Below the pieces are notes generated by a model. The model was given only the letters and a program-made list of their open reading frames with translations, was not told the origin of the DNA and did no database searches. A stretch of DNA of 64,000 nt from Kiritimatiellia bacterium (lineage in GTDB: Bacteria > Verrucomicrobiota > Kiritimatiellia > RFP12 > UBA1067), in assembly GCA_050949565.1 (NCBI GenBank), contig JBMNFY010000017.1, positions 1,280,001 through 1,344,000 on the forward strand. The letters run 5' to 3'. Numbering within the stretch: position 1 is the first letter of the stretch; each line of letters starts with the position of its first letter. The position numbers were made by a program, and so were the translations under genes. This document shows, piece after piece, positions 39,194-49,331 of this stretch.

Positions 39194-40537
39194 CTAAACC
39201 CGGTCGGGCACGATATAGGGTGCGCGGTAGTCGCGCGTCAGCAGTGCATTGGCCTCGGCGTCGCCCGGGAAAGTCAACGTCGCGGGATCAAAGGTCAGGG
39301 TGCGTCCCAACCGGTAGGCGATATTACCGAGATGAATCAAGGCACAGGAGTAAAATCCCTCTTGGATGCCGACGTTGAAAACTGCGGGATCGGGCTCACG
39401 AATTGCGTTGACGAAGTTCGCATAGTGGTTACCGATACCGGAACCACGTTCGCCAAGCTCGCGTTTCTCCCCCATGTAGGTTTGCCAAGACGCGACATCC
39501 TTGGCCATATAGCCCTTCGCGCCGAAAAAGAGATTGCCGGTCACGTTGCCACGGCTGGTGGCCATGTAGGTGTTGCCCTGTCCGGCACCTTTCAGCCACA
39601 TCCCGTCCTCGCCGTTCGTCACCCAATGGCGCACTTCGAATTGCAGGATTTTCTTCTTATCCCCGCCCCCTTCGGGATTGGGAAACTCGAATATCGCCAT
39701 CAGTACGTTCGGGGTCTCCTGCGCGTCGTCGAACATGACGTGTCCGCCCACGGCCGTGATCCGGGTCGGCAGCGTTACTCCCAATCCCCATCGGGCGATG
39801 TCCATCTCATGGACCCCTTGGTTGCCCATGTCGCCATTGCCGTATTCCCAATTCCAATGCCAGTTGTAGTGGAAACGGTTTTTGTTGAAGGGACGCTTGG
39901 GCGCGGGCCCCAGCCAGAGGTCGTAGTCGACGCCCGCCGGCACCGGCTCATCGGGAAAACGCCCGATGGTGTTGCGCCATTTGTAGCAGATCCCCTTGGC
40001 CATGTAGACCTCACCCAGCCCGCCTCCGTGCAGAAAACGCGCCATGCTCTGCGCACATGGATTGCTGCGCTGTTCGGCACCATCCTGCACCAGCACCTTG
40101 TATTTTTGGGCGGCTTCGACCAATTTGCGCCCCTCGTACACATTGTGGCAGCAAGGCTTTTCGACCGAAACATGTTTGCCGGCCTGGATCGCCCAGATCG
40201 CGGCCAGTGTATGCCAGTGGTTGGGCGTCACGATCGAAACCGCGTCAATCTCCTTGTCCTCGAGCAGCTTGCGCAGGTCCGTATAGGTCTTGGGCGCCCT
40301 CAAGTTTTTATCGGTAAAGTGGCGCTTGATGACCGGCGCGAAGAGATTGGAATCGACATCGCACAACGCCGCGACCTCGACATTCGGCAAAGCCTGATAC
40401 GCCTTGATATGGCTTTGCCCCATGCCGTGAATACCGACCACCGCCACGCGCACACGATCATTCGCAGCCGCCCACGCCCGGTGCGTTCCCCACAGCAGCG
40501 CACTTCCTGTTGTCGCCATAAACTGTCTACGCGTCAT
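39194..40537 (-). CDS. Tat-exported Gfo/Idh/MocA oxidoreductase
   Basis: TRRQFM Tat motif, TPNHWH, KHVSVEKP, YDLWLGPAP, GDMGNQGVHEMD. Confidence 0.92.
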   Translation of the reverse strand: MTRRQFMATTGSALLWGTHRAWAAANDRVRVAVVGIHGMGQSHIKAYQALPNVEVAALCDVDSNLFAPVIKRHFTDKNLRAPKTYTDLRKLLEDKEIDAVSIVTPNHWHTLAAIWAIQAGKHVSVEKPCCHNVYEGRKLVEAAQKYKVLVQDGAEQRSNPCAQSMARFLHGGGLGEVYMAKGICYKWRNTIGRFPDEPVPAGVDYDLWLGPAPKRPFNKNRFHYNWHWNWEYGNGDMGNQGVHEMDIARWGLGVTLPTRITAVGGHVMFDDAQETPNVLMAIFEFPNPEGGGDKKKILQFEVRHWVTNGEDGMWLKGAGQGNTYMATSRGNVTGNLFFGAKGYMAKDVASWQTYMGEKRELGERGSGIGNHYANFVNAIREPDPAVFNVGIQEGFYSCALIHLGNIAYRLGRTLTFDPATLTFPGDAEANALLTRDYRAPYIVPDRV

Positions 40538-40716
40538 ATCCAGTCTCCTCAACGTTGGTGATTCACGCCTCCGCTCTCCCGCGGCACCGCACAAACGATC
40601 CTAGTAGGATTTCCGGATTCCATCCTACACGGTCCGGATCACTTCTGCAAGCACGAGAGGCAGAATACGACAATTCCCCCTTACCCGACGTGTAGAAAAC
40701 TGCTAAACTACGCGAA

Positions 40717-43700
40717 GTGAAAAAGACGCCATTTGTTTTTTATTGGGGGATCCTGTGCGTTTTTGGGGGAATGGCTTTGGCAGCGACGCCCGAGGGCTGG
40801 GAGACGCGGCTGGATGTCGCAGAGCGTAGCGCCTTGGCGGCCATGAACCTCAAACCGGAACGCGGTGCGCTGCGCGTGCATGTGTGCAATCCGGCTGACA
40901 ATAGCCGGGTCGAGATATCGTTGCGTAGCGGCGAGACCGCATACCGGCTGACGCCCAAGGACATGATCCCAGGCGGTAAGAGTGGTCGCATCACCACCTG
41001 GCCGTGTCCGACGCTGGGCACCAACCTCTGTTGGTTCACCTTGAGGCGCATTGAGGACGCCTGGTACGCCTATGTCGACCAGCAGCCGGTGTTGCGCATG
41101 CCGGAACTCTGGCCGGGCATGTTGGAACTGCAACACGCGCCCGAGAACCAGCCCCCCGAAGCGGAGCTTGACGATTACACGCAACGGCTCGGCTCCTTCG
41201 CCTTCGAGGACAACTTCCTTGTGCCGGCCGGTTCCGAGTTCCCGCCGACGTGGGAAATCATGGGCGGCATCTGGAAGCTGCACTCGGTCACCGGTTCGAT
41301 CAGCGGTTCGTCTGGCGGCTATCAACTCGCGCGTCAGCCGAAGCCCGAGAAGAGCCCGAACTTCTATACGCTGGAAGGCGGCGGCACCAACGCTGTGGTA
41401 CTGGCGGGCGAACCGTTCTACTGCCGCTATGTCTACCGAGCCGCAGTGCAGCATAACGTCGGTACCAACGGCATCGTCTTTCTAGCCGGTGAGTTCGGCG
41501 GATTTCTGGCTTTCACGGCGCGGACCGATCCCGCCACCGACCGCCTGATCCTCGAACTGTGGCAACAGCCAGCCGCAGCCGATGCGCCGGCTGTAGCGCT
41601 GGAGGCCGTCCAGACCGAACTCCCCGCCGGACAGTGGTTGCTGCTCGAAGTGCAGGTGATGGATGACCGCGTGATCTGCCGCGCCGACAATATCGACGTC
41701 ATCCGCCGCAAAATGGCGCTGCCGCCGGGCGGTCGCTTCGGGCTCTTCGCCAACATGCCGGACGGCGAAACCACGCGTTTCGACGACGTGGCGGCCTGGT
41801 CGCATGAGGAACAACGCTTCGATTCGCCCGAGGACGTGACGTTCGCCACGCGCTACCAGACCCCCGGCGTGCAGTCGCTCCTGCGCCACACCACCACCTG
41901 GCTCTACATGCCGTCCGCCAACGGTGCCACGAACACCTGGACCTACGGCAAGCCCACCGGCGGACCGCTGCGCCAAGAGACGCTTTTCGTCGCCACTTCC
42001 GATGACTTTATCTGCGGCCTGACTGCCGGCGACGGCGAAGGCGGCACTCCGCTCTACCGCCTGACCTGCGTCCAAGCCGACGGCGCACGCACCTTCTCGC
42101 TCGAAGCCGTCACCCCGACCAACACCGTGCTGCTCGACAGCCACACCACCACCTTCGTCAGCAACCGCGTGGTGCTTGCGCTGGACGCGCTGCGTCCACA
42201 CAAGCTGCGCGGCTATGCGGATGGACGCCTCGTCTGCTTCGACCGCCCTGCCCAACAGCCCGGCGGCGTGCAGGGTGTCTTCGCCAGCGCAAAATCAGAC
42301 CTCTTCTTCACGGCGCCGCAGGTCTCCTCGAAGGACACCCGCATGAGCGAGCGCTTCGAAAAGAACCCGCTGTACGTCAACGATCCTTTCATGCGCCACT
42401 GGGCCTCGCCCGAAGGCCAGTGGATCACCTTCAAAGACGGCATGACGTGGTTCAAAGGCGATCTCACCGGACCAGTCAAGATCCGCCTGCCCATAGTCAA
42501 CGGCATGGAACTGCATCTCGGCATCCGCGAAGACTCCTCGAACGGTACCTGCCGCGTGAGTGTTAAAGACGACCTCATCAGCGTCTTCACCCCGGAAAGC
42601 GGTACCAACGCCGCATTTACCGTGACGGCCGAGCAAGTGCCGGAGATCGCCTTTGATAAAAATAAGATACGTCTCTTTACGCTGGGCATTGAGGACTACC
42701 TTGTCTGGTTGGGTGGCGACGATATCCTGCTCGCCCGCACCCACCTCACCACGCCGCTCTCAGGACGCAAGATGCGCATCGCCGGCATGACGCTTGAGAA
42801 CCTCAGCCACACGCTGGTGAAGCGCGACAACGTCTTCGACACGCTCTTCACCGAATCGCTCTTCAACTGGACGCTGAACGGCGGCCGTTGGGAGGTCATC
42901 AACCGCTTTTATTGCGAGCCGACCTGGTCGCACATGAACGGCGAAAGCGCCGACTCCCTAGCCGCGCTTTGGTCCAAATATGTCTTCAGCGGCGACTTCA
43001 GCATCGAGTTCTACGCCGGCATGCGCATGGGCTGGTATGCGCGCCCCGGCGACCTCAACCTGACCGTCATGAGTCGCGAAAACTCCACCAGCGACGGTTA
43101 CACAGCAATCGCCACGGGATGGGACCCCGACCATTCGCAACTCTATTCGCGCCTGCTGCGCAATGGCGAGGCGATGGCCATCTCCACCAAGTACCTCGTG
43201 CCGCGTTCACGCGCCGGTCTGGCGCGGCAAGGCTACCAGCCGTTGGTCGCCGCCGGCCGTGACATCCACGGCGCCTGGTACGGCATGCAACTCCGCCGCA
43301 TCGGCAAGAACCTGCAATACATCTACGACAACGAAGAGGTCTTCAACGTCGATGATCCCGAGCCGCTGCAGGAAGGCTCGCTCGGCATCTGGACCTACCG
43401 CAACTCGATGATGGTCGCGCGCATCAAGATCGCCGCCGAGTCGATCCGCCCGCGTCCCTTTGCCTTCTACACGATCCCCGCCGGCCAGCCACCCGCACCG
43501 GAACCGCCGCCGCCCGCCGACTCCGGTGTGCGCGTCAACGGCCGCGTGGTCCAACCGCTCGCTCCGGACTTCTGGCAGGCGTTCGACACCGTGAGCCACC
43601 CCAGCGTGCGCTTCCGCAACCTCGACACCGCCCAGCCCGAAATGCATGTGACCTCGATCCTCGGCGGCGGCACTTTCCTGGTGCGGTGTGACCTGCCCCC

Positions 43701-46464
43701 GGCCCAGCCCGACAAGCTGCTGGGCTGGCGTTTCGAAATCGCGCGCCACCCGCAGGCCCTGGTCAACTTCGAGTTCTCGACCGTCAAACCCGACGGCAAG
43801 GGCGGCTTCACCACGGTTCAAGAGTGGACCTATGTGCTTTCGGGGACCGACGAGACGCGCGGCCCGCGCCAGATCATCGGCAAGCTCGACGAACTGCCTC
43901 CGTCGGAGGGCACCAACCTTGTCTGGACACCGGTCGAGATCTGGGTCCCCTCCGAAGTCATCCGCGCCAATCAGGCGGTGCAACTCGAAGGCTTCGGCAA
44001 CCTCCAGCCCAGCGACGTGCAGATGGGCCTCAAGGGCAATCCGCCCCATGCGTGGTACGCCGTGCGCGCCTTCCGCGAAATCCACCGCGGCACACCGGAA
44101 CTCTCGGCCCCGCCCGAAAAGCGTAACGAAATCGCCGCGCTCGCAAAGATCGTCAACGGCCTGCGCCCCGGCGAGTTGCAGATGGTGGAGGTGCCCGCCG
44201 CGCTCGATCCCCGCAAGCCTGTGATCGAATGGGCGGTGCCGGAACTGGCGAACTTCGGCCTGCGCGCCGAAGCCGACTCCGCCATCCCCGGCTCGATTCT
44301 GGTCACGCCGGTTCACCCCTGGCCCTCACCCATGCTACCGCCCAAACGCGCTCTGGCCGACGCCCAGCCCGCCCCCTTCGCGGCTGAAGGCAACTGTATC
44401 CGCGTGCTCGTGCCATTCGAAACGCTCCAGCCCAACCGCATGACGCTGGCGCTCGAACTCTCCGACGGCCGCATCTTCCGACAGGTCGTGCCAATGCGCA
44501 CCACTGAAGGACTCAACCATCCGCCGGTCCTGCTGAGTCTCACCCTGCCCGAGGGCGGCATCGAGACCTTCGAGGCGCGCCCCGGCGACGCCACGCCCTA
44601 CCAGACCAGGGCCATCGCCTCAATCGACAACACCGACCCCCAGCGCGGCGGTGTGCTCAAGTTCCAGAACGCCGGTGTCTACGGTCGCCGATTGGACGGC
44701 CTGCTGGTCAAGTCATTCAATCCGGTCGCCACGCCCCTCATCCAGTTCCGCTACAAAGGCGACCCCATGGCGATCGTCTCGCTGGCCTTGGGATCATCCG
44801 CCTTCACCTTCTCCGAAGTCTACAACACCCACGTGCGCTTCGGCGGCGGCGCGGCGGCGCCCATGGACAACACCTGGCGCGTGTGGACCGGCATCCCGAC
44901 CGACAGCGGCGGCCGGCTTCCGCTCGCGGAGCGTACCAAGGTACCGCCCGCGCCCCTGCGCTTCGCTTCGCGCAAAGACCGCGACCAGACCGGCCTGCAC
45001 AGCACGCTCTACATCGACGACATCGCCTGCGGCCCGGCCGTCGGCCCCAACCGCCCCTTCGCCTTCAAGGCCGACTACGCCGATCCCGACACCGTCGCTG
45101 AAGTCGTCTACGCAATCGCGCAGGGCCCCGTCGCCTTTGACAACCGCCCCGAAGCGGAGCGCGCCGCCGTCACTTGGCTACCCGCCAAAAACGGCGCGGT
45201 GATCGAACCCGACATCTCCAAAATCCCCGATGGCATCCACCACCTGCTGGTGCGTGCGCGCGACGGAAAATCACTCTGGTCGCACCCCGCTGACCTGCCC
45301 TTCATGCTCGACCGCGCGCAACCGCAGGTCACGCATGCGATCAACGCCGTCGACAAATACAACGGCAGCAGCCTCACGCTCTCGCTGACCGACCCCGTCT
45401 CGCCGCCGGTGCCCAACACCATCCGCCTGACCTGCCTGGGAACGCCGCTTGATATCGCCACCGACAACGGTTTCTGCGCCATCGGGCACGGCACGCTTTC
45501 CTATGAATTTGACTGGATCTGGCTGCTGCGCAAGCAACTCGCTAGCGCCAAGCACGGCGACGTCTTGCCGATCACCGTCGACGGCATCACCGACGCCGCC
45601 GGTAACGGCGCGCCGCCGCTGCGCATCGACATCAAGCTGGACTTGGAATCCGACAAGCGCCCGCCCACCGTGTTCCCCGCGCCGCCCACCAAAAACATCC
45701 TCTGGATGCAGCCGACACTCACCGCGCTGGAGCCCCTCTTCCCGGCTAACCGCAACCTCACCGCTGCTACCGTGGCCACGCCGGACGGCCATGTGCTCGA
45801 AATCGCGCCCAACGGCGAAAGAAACTCCTTTATCCAACACGCCTTCTCTCCGGCCTGGGATCCGGACAAACACCCGTGGATCGCTGTGTCGTTCCGGATG
45901 CTCGACATCCCGGAGGGGCTGCGCCCCTTCACGCTCTCCTTCAACACCGGCCCACGCCGTCCGCGCGGCATCAAAGACGCCCATACACTCGACCTGACCA
46001 ACACCAATCATCTCACCTACGTGATCGGTGCGACGTCTTGCACCACCGGCGTCTGGCACGATATCCTGATCAACGCGCGCGACTTCCTGCGCGACGAGAC
46101 CGAAGAACACAAAGACACGCCGGACCTGACCTACCTTTCGCTCTTCTTCCCGCCCCGTGCCAAAGGCGGCAAGATTCAGATCCGCTCGTTCGCCATTCTG
46201 GCTCCTTGGACCTCGGACCACCTGATCCCGCTTAAGGCCTACGACCTGAGCAGTGTCAAGGGGCTCGTCTGGCAAGGCGGCGAAGCCGAGCAGACCGGCA
46301 TTCGCCCCGCTAATCTCGAACGCCCCCAAAACGATCCTCACTGGTTCCGCTTCCGGATCAGCGACCGGCGCGGCAATCTTACCGATACTTGGATGATCCC
46401 GATTCCACCGGGCTCCGAAAACACCAAACCCACACTCGCCGGTCTCGAACCGGTCAGTTATTAG
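40717..46464 (+). CDS. 1915-aa secreted hypothetical protein (beta-sandwich/ConA-like segments)
   Basis: Signal peptide MKKTPFVFYWGILCVFGGMALA; long open frame with host-like codon bias; GRFGLFAN...RFDDV and GSLGIWTY...VARIKI ConA-like ends. Confidence 0.8.
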   Translation: MKKTPFVFYWGILCVFGGMALAATPEGWETRLDVAERSALAAMNLKPERGALRVHVCNPADNSRVEISLRSGETAYRLTPKDMIPGGKSGRITTWPCPTLGTNLCWFTLRRIEDAWYAYVDQQPVLRMPELWPGMLELQHAPENQPPEAELDDYTQRLGSFAFEDNFLVPAGSEFPPTWEIMGGIWKLHSVTGSISGSSGGYQLARQPKPEKSPNFYTLEGGGTNAVVLAGEPFYCRYVYRAAVQHNVGTNGIVFLAGEFGGFLAFTARTDPATDRLILELWQQPAAADAPAVALEAVQTELPAGQWLLLEVQVMDDRVICRADNIDVIRRKMALPPGGRFGLFANMPDGETTRFDDVAAWSHEEQRFDSPEDVTFATRYQTPGVQSLLRHTTTWLYMPSANGATNTWTYGKPTGGPLRQETLFVATSDDFICGLTAGDGEGGTPLYRLTCVQADGARTFSLEAVTPTNTVLLDSHTTTFVSNRVVLALDALRPHKLRGYADGRLVCFDRPAQQPGGVQGVFASAKSDLFFTAPQVSSKDTRMSERFEKNPLYVNDPFMRHWASPEGQWITFKDGMTWFKGDLTGPVKIRLPIVNGMELHLGIREDSSNGTCRVSVKDDLISVFTPESGTNAAFTVTAEQVPEIAFDKNKIRLFTLGIEDYLVWLGGDDILLARTHLTTPLSGRKMRIAGMTLENLSHTLVKRDNVFDTLFTESLFNWTLNGGRWEVINRFYCEPTWSHMNGESADSLAALWSKYVFSGDFSIEFYAGMRMGWYARPGDLNLTVMSRENSTSDGYTAIATGWDPDHSQLYSRLLRNGEAMAISTKYLVPRSRAGLARQGYQPLVAAGRDIHGAWYGMQLRRIGKNLQYIYDNEEVFNVDDPEPLQEGSLGIWTYRNSMMVARIKIAAESIRPRPFAFYTIPAGQPPAPEPPPPADSGVRVNGRVVQPLAPDFWQAFDTVSHPSVRFRNLDTAQPEMHVTSILGGGTFLVRCDLPPAQPDKLLGWRFEIARHPQALVNFEFSTVKPDGKGGFTTVQEWTYVLSGTDETRGPRQIIGKLDELPPSEGTNLVWTPVEIWVPSEVIRANQAVQLEGFGNLQPSDVQMGLKGNPPHAWYAVRAFREIHRGTPELSAPPEKRNEIAALAKIVNGLRPGELQMVEVPAALDPRKPVIEWAVPELANFGLRAEADSAIPGSILVTPVHPWPSPMLPPKRALADAQPAPFAAEGNCIRVLVPFETLQPNRMTLALELSDGRIFRQVVPMRTTEGLNHPPVLLSLTLPEGGIETFEARPGDATPYQTRAIASIDNTDPQRGGVLKFQNAGVYGRRLDGLLVKSFNPVATPLIQFRYKGDPMAIVSLALGSSAFTFSEVYNTHVRFGGGAAAPMDNTWRVWTGIPTDSGGRLPLAERTKVPPAPLRFASRKDRDQTGLHSTLYIDDIACGPAVGPNRPFAFKADYADPDTVAEVVYAIAQGPVAFDNRPEAERAAVTWLPAKNGAVIEPDISKIPDGIHHLLVRARDGKSLWSHPADLPFMLDRAQPQVTHAINAVDKYNGSSLTLSLTDPVSPPVPNTIRLTCLGTPLDIATDNGFCAIGHGTLSYEFDWIWLLRKQLASAKHGDVLPITVDGITDAAGNGAPPLRIDIKLDLESDKRPPTVFPAPPTKNILWMQPTLTALEPLFPANRNLTAATVATPDGHVLEIAPNGERNSFIQHAFSPAWDPDKHPWIAVSFRMLDIPEGLRPFTLSFNTGPRRPRGIKDAHTLDLTNTNHLTYVIGATSCTTGVWHDILINARDFLRDETEEHKDTPDLTYLSLFFPPRAKGGKIQIRSFAILAPWTSDHLIPLKAYDLSSVKGLVWQGGEAEQTGIRPANLERPQNDPHWFRFRISDRRGNLTDTWMIPIPPGSENTKPTLAGLEPVSY

Positions 46465-46502
46465 TTGTTAGTTATTCACTGTTAACTCTTAGTTATTAAC
46501 TC
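46454..46502. repeat. AT-rich 7-mer tandem array filling the whole intergenic spacer
   Basis: TCAGTTA TTAGTTG TTAGTTA TTCACTG TTAACTC TTAGTTA TTAACTC; contains the upstream TAG stop. Confidence 0.75.
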
Positions 46503-46504
46503 CT

Positions 46505-46972
46505 ATGACACGCATCATCATTCCCCAATTCGATGTCAACCTCGTCGATGTCACCGTCACCCACTGGCGCAAACAGCCGGGCGAACGTGTGGAAACCGGC
46601 GAGTGCCTGGCTGAACTCACGACCGACAAGGCCGTCTATGAACTCGAGTCCCCCGCCGCCGGCACTCTGCTCGCCGTCTACGCGACCGAGAAGAGCGTCG
46701 TGCCCACCGGCTTCATTGTCGGCCTGATCGGCGAGCCCGGCGAGGAAGACCCCGCAATCGCCGCCGACAACGAGGCTCTGATGACCGCCTACCGCGGTCC
46801 CGCCGCCGCACCGACCCCGGTGCGCGACCGTCCGGCGCGCGTACGCGCCACGCCGCGCGTGCGCCGCATCGCGCAGGAGAAGGGACTCGACCTCGCCGAG
46901 ATCCAAGCCGCGACCGGCGCCGAGATCATCGACGAAACCGTTCTTGAAACCTACCTCGCCTCCCGCTCATAA
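46505..46972 (+). CDS. Stand-alone lipoyl domain + E3/E1-binding domain protein (no acyltransferase domain)
   Basis: LAELTTDKAVYELESPAAG lipoyl motif; RATPRVRRIAQEKGLDL peripheral subunit-binding motif; only 155 aa. Confidence 0.88.
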   Translation: MTRIIIPQFDVNLVDVTVTHWRKQPGERVETGECLAELTTDKAVYELESPAAGTLLAVYATEKSVVPTGFIVGLIGEPGEEDPAIAADNEALMTAYRGPAAAPTPVRDRPARVRATPRVRRIAQEKGLDLAEIQAATGAEIIDETVLETYLASRS

Positions 46973-46976
46973 CACC

Positions 46977-47714
46977 ATGCGCACCGCTCTCGTCACAGGT
47001 TCCGGCAAAGGCATCGGACGCGCCATCGCCCTCGCGCTGGCGCGCGACGGCTTCCGCGTGGCCGTCCACTACCGCTCATCGCAAGCCGACGCGCAGGCCA
47101 CCGTCGCCGCCATCCGCGCGGACGGCGGCGAGGCCGAACTGTTCGCGGCTGATCTGGCGGATGCGGCGCAGGCCGCAGAACTTGCCAAGGCGGTTGAGCT
47201 GCAATGCGGCCCGATTCACACGCTGGTTTGCAATGCGGGGATCATCAAAAGCCAGTTGCTGGCGTTCACGACCTATGAAGAGTGGCGTGAGGTCATGGCC
47301 GCCAACCTCGATGCCGCCTTCCTGCTCACCAAGGCAGTCGCGCGTCCGATGGCACGCCGCAAGGCCGGGCGCATCATCTACATCTCCTCCGCCGCCGGCC
47401 TGATGGGCGACCTGATGCGCGCCGCCTACAGCGCCTCCAAGGCCGGCCTGCTCGGGCTCGCCAAAACCGCCGCGCGCGAACTGGCCGCTTCCAACGTCAC
47501 AGTCAACGCCGTCGCGCCCGGCATCATCACCACCGACATGACCGCCGACATCCCAGAAACCCGCCGCGTCAAACAGCTTGATGCCATCCCGCTCGCCCGC
47601 TTCGGCACACCCGAAGAGGTCGCCGGCTGCGTCAGCTTCCTGGCTTCCGACGCCGCAGGCTGGATCACCGGCCAAACCCTCTGCGTCGACGGCGGTCTTT
47701 ACATGAAAGGTTGA
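46977..47714 (+). CDS. fabG: 3-oxoacyl-ACP reductase-like SDR
   Basis: TGSGKGIG, CNAG, YSASKAG, VNAVAPG..TDM, IPLARFGTPEEVA, ITGQTLCVDGG. Confidence 0.8.
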   Translation: MRTALVTGSGKGIGRAIALALARDGFRVAVHYRSSQADAQATVAAIRADGGEAELFAADLADAAQAAELAKAVELQCGPIHTLVCNAGIIKSQLLAFTTYEEWREVMAANLDAAFLLTKAVARPMARRKAGRIIYISSAAGLMGDLMRAAYSASKAGLLGLAKTAARELAASNVTVNAVAPGIITTDMTADIPETRRVKQLDAIPLARFGTPEEVAGCVSFLASDAAGWITGQTLCVDGGLYMKG

Positions 47715-47960
47715 GCGTTTTTTCTCACACAAAGGCACGAAGAATTTGGGATTTGAGATTTGCGCTGCTCGGATTTTTTATCCACAGATGGGCACAGATT
47801 ACGCAGATTTTTGGGGGATGGCACTGCTCGGGTTTTGGGGACCGCCAAGGTGCCAAGAACGCCAAGACGCGCCCTTGATTTTTCATGAAGTTTCATGTGT
47901 TTCATGGTTCCAATTGAAAGTTAAGCGTTGGGCGTTCAGCGTTCAGCGTTCGGCGTTTTT
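47715..47960. repeat. Intergenic mosaic of short tandem-repeat triplets
   Basis: GATTTG[GA] 7-mers, CACAGAT 9-mers, GCCAAG 9-mers, TTTCATG 9-mers and GCGTT 7-mers in succession. Confidence 0.7.
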
Positions 47961-48045
47961 TCTCTTTGTCCTTGCATCCTCCCGCCCCCCGGTCTTACCA
48001 TTCTCATGTACTCTTCCCCGATATTGTTTCGTCGAAAGGACGATC

Positions 48046-49206
48046 ATGAACCCCACCGCATCACGCCTCACACGCTCGCCCCGCTTCCCGCGCCTCTGCA
48101 CTTTGGCGCTTGTGTGCCTCGTGCTGCTCCTTCCTCTCGTCCTGCCCGCCGCCACCGAAGGCCCCTACACTTATACCGTCACCAACGGCCAAGCCACCAT
48201 CACCGGCTTCGATTCCTCCTGCTCCGGAGCCTTGTCCATCACCAACGAACTCGGCGGTTGTCCAGTTACCACCATCGGCGACAGAGCCTTCTACAAGCGC
48301 ACCAACCTCACCTCGGTCAGCGTCCCTGACGATGTTACATCCATCGGCATCGCCACCTTTTACGGGTGCTCGTCTCTCGCTTCCATCACCATCCCCGGCA
48401 GCATCACCAACATTGGAGACTATGCTTTCGGCGGCTGTTCAGCCCTTACATCCATTACCGTTTCAGAAAACAATCTTAATTACGCCAGCAACAACGGTAT
48501 CCTTTTCAACAAAACCCTCTCGACACTGATTACGTGTCCCAGAGGAGTCTCCGGGCATGTCACGATCCCCGACGGCGTCACGTCCATTGGCGACTTCGCC
48601 TTCTTCGGATGCCCCGCACTCACTTCCGTCACCATCCCTAACAGTGTCACATCTATCGAAGACTACGCTTTCGGCGATTGCACCGCTCTCACTTCCGTCA
48701 CCATCCCCGACAGCATCACTTATATCGGTCGGGCGGCCTTTGCCGGTTGCCCCGTACTGCACACCGTTGTTCTTGGCTCCTCGCTCGACAACATCGGCAA
48801 TTGGGCGTTCTGTGAATGTCCGTCGCTTACCAGGGTCTGCGGGCGCGGCGACGCTCCCGCTTATGGCTCGTCCATCTTCGACGAAACCCCCTCCACGATC
48901 TACCATCTTCCCGGCACAACCGGCTGGTCACATCCCCTCGCCGATCGTCCCGTCGTCTGCTGGAATCCCGCGATCAGCCCCGCGTCACCGCCGCGCTTTG
49001 ATTCCGGCGCGTTCGGTTTTACGCTCAGCGGCAACGCCGACGCCGACATTCCCGTCCGCATCGAGGCGTGCGACAGCCTCGCCAACCCGGTCTGGACACC
49101 CGTCGGCGGCGACACCACCATCCCCGCTTCCGGTACCCTCGACTTCACCGACCCCGACGCCGCCACCCATCCCTCGCGCTTCTATCGTGTGCGCTTCCCG
49201 CAATAA
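48046..49206 (+). CDS. BspA-type leucine-rich repeat (LRR_5) surface protein
   Basis: Repeated VTSIGDxAFxGCxxLTSVTIP; N-terminal hydrophobic signal; C-terminal domain ending FTDPDA...RFYRVRFPQ. Confidence 0.92.
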   Translation: MNPTASRLTRSPRFPRLCTLALVCLVLLLPLVLPAATEGPYTYTVTNGQATITGFDSSCSGALSITNELGGCPVTTIGDRAFYKRTNLTSVSVPDDVTSIGIATFYGCSSLASITIPGSITNIGDYAFGGCSALTSITVSENNLNYASNNGILFNKTLSTLITCPRGVSGHVTIPDGVTSIGDFAFFGCPALTSVTIPNSVTSIEDYAFGDCTALTSVTIPDSITYIGRAAFAGCPVLHTVVLGSSLDNIGNWAFCECPSLTRVCGRGDAPAYGSSIFDETPSTIYHLPGTTGWSHPLADRPVVCWNPAISPASPPRFDSGAFGFTLSGNADADIPVRIEACDSLANPVWTPVGGDTTIPASGTLDFTDPDAATHPSRFYRVRFPQ

Positions 49207-49331
49207 CTTGAGCGTTGAAGTTTTTTAACGCAGAGGTTTTGTTGGGTGGCGGCATGACCGCCGCCGGGCAAGTGACACTTGCCCCCGATTTAACGTTCAA
49301 GTTATGCGGCTCGCGGGGACACCCGTCCAAG

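Noticed and set aside
47746-48045. N-terminal extension of the BspA ORF
   Set aside because: It is translated repeat mosaic; the AAAGGA RBS precedes ATG 48046
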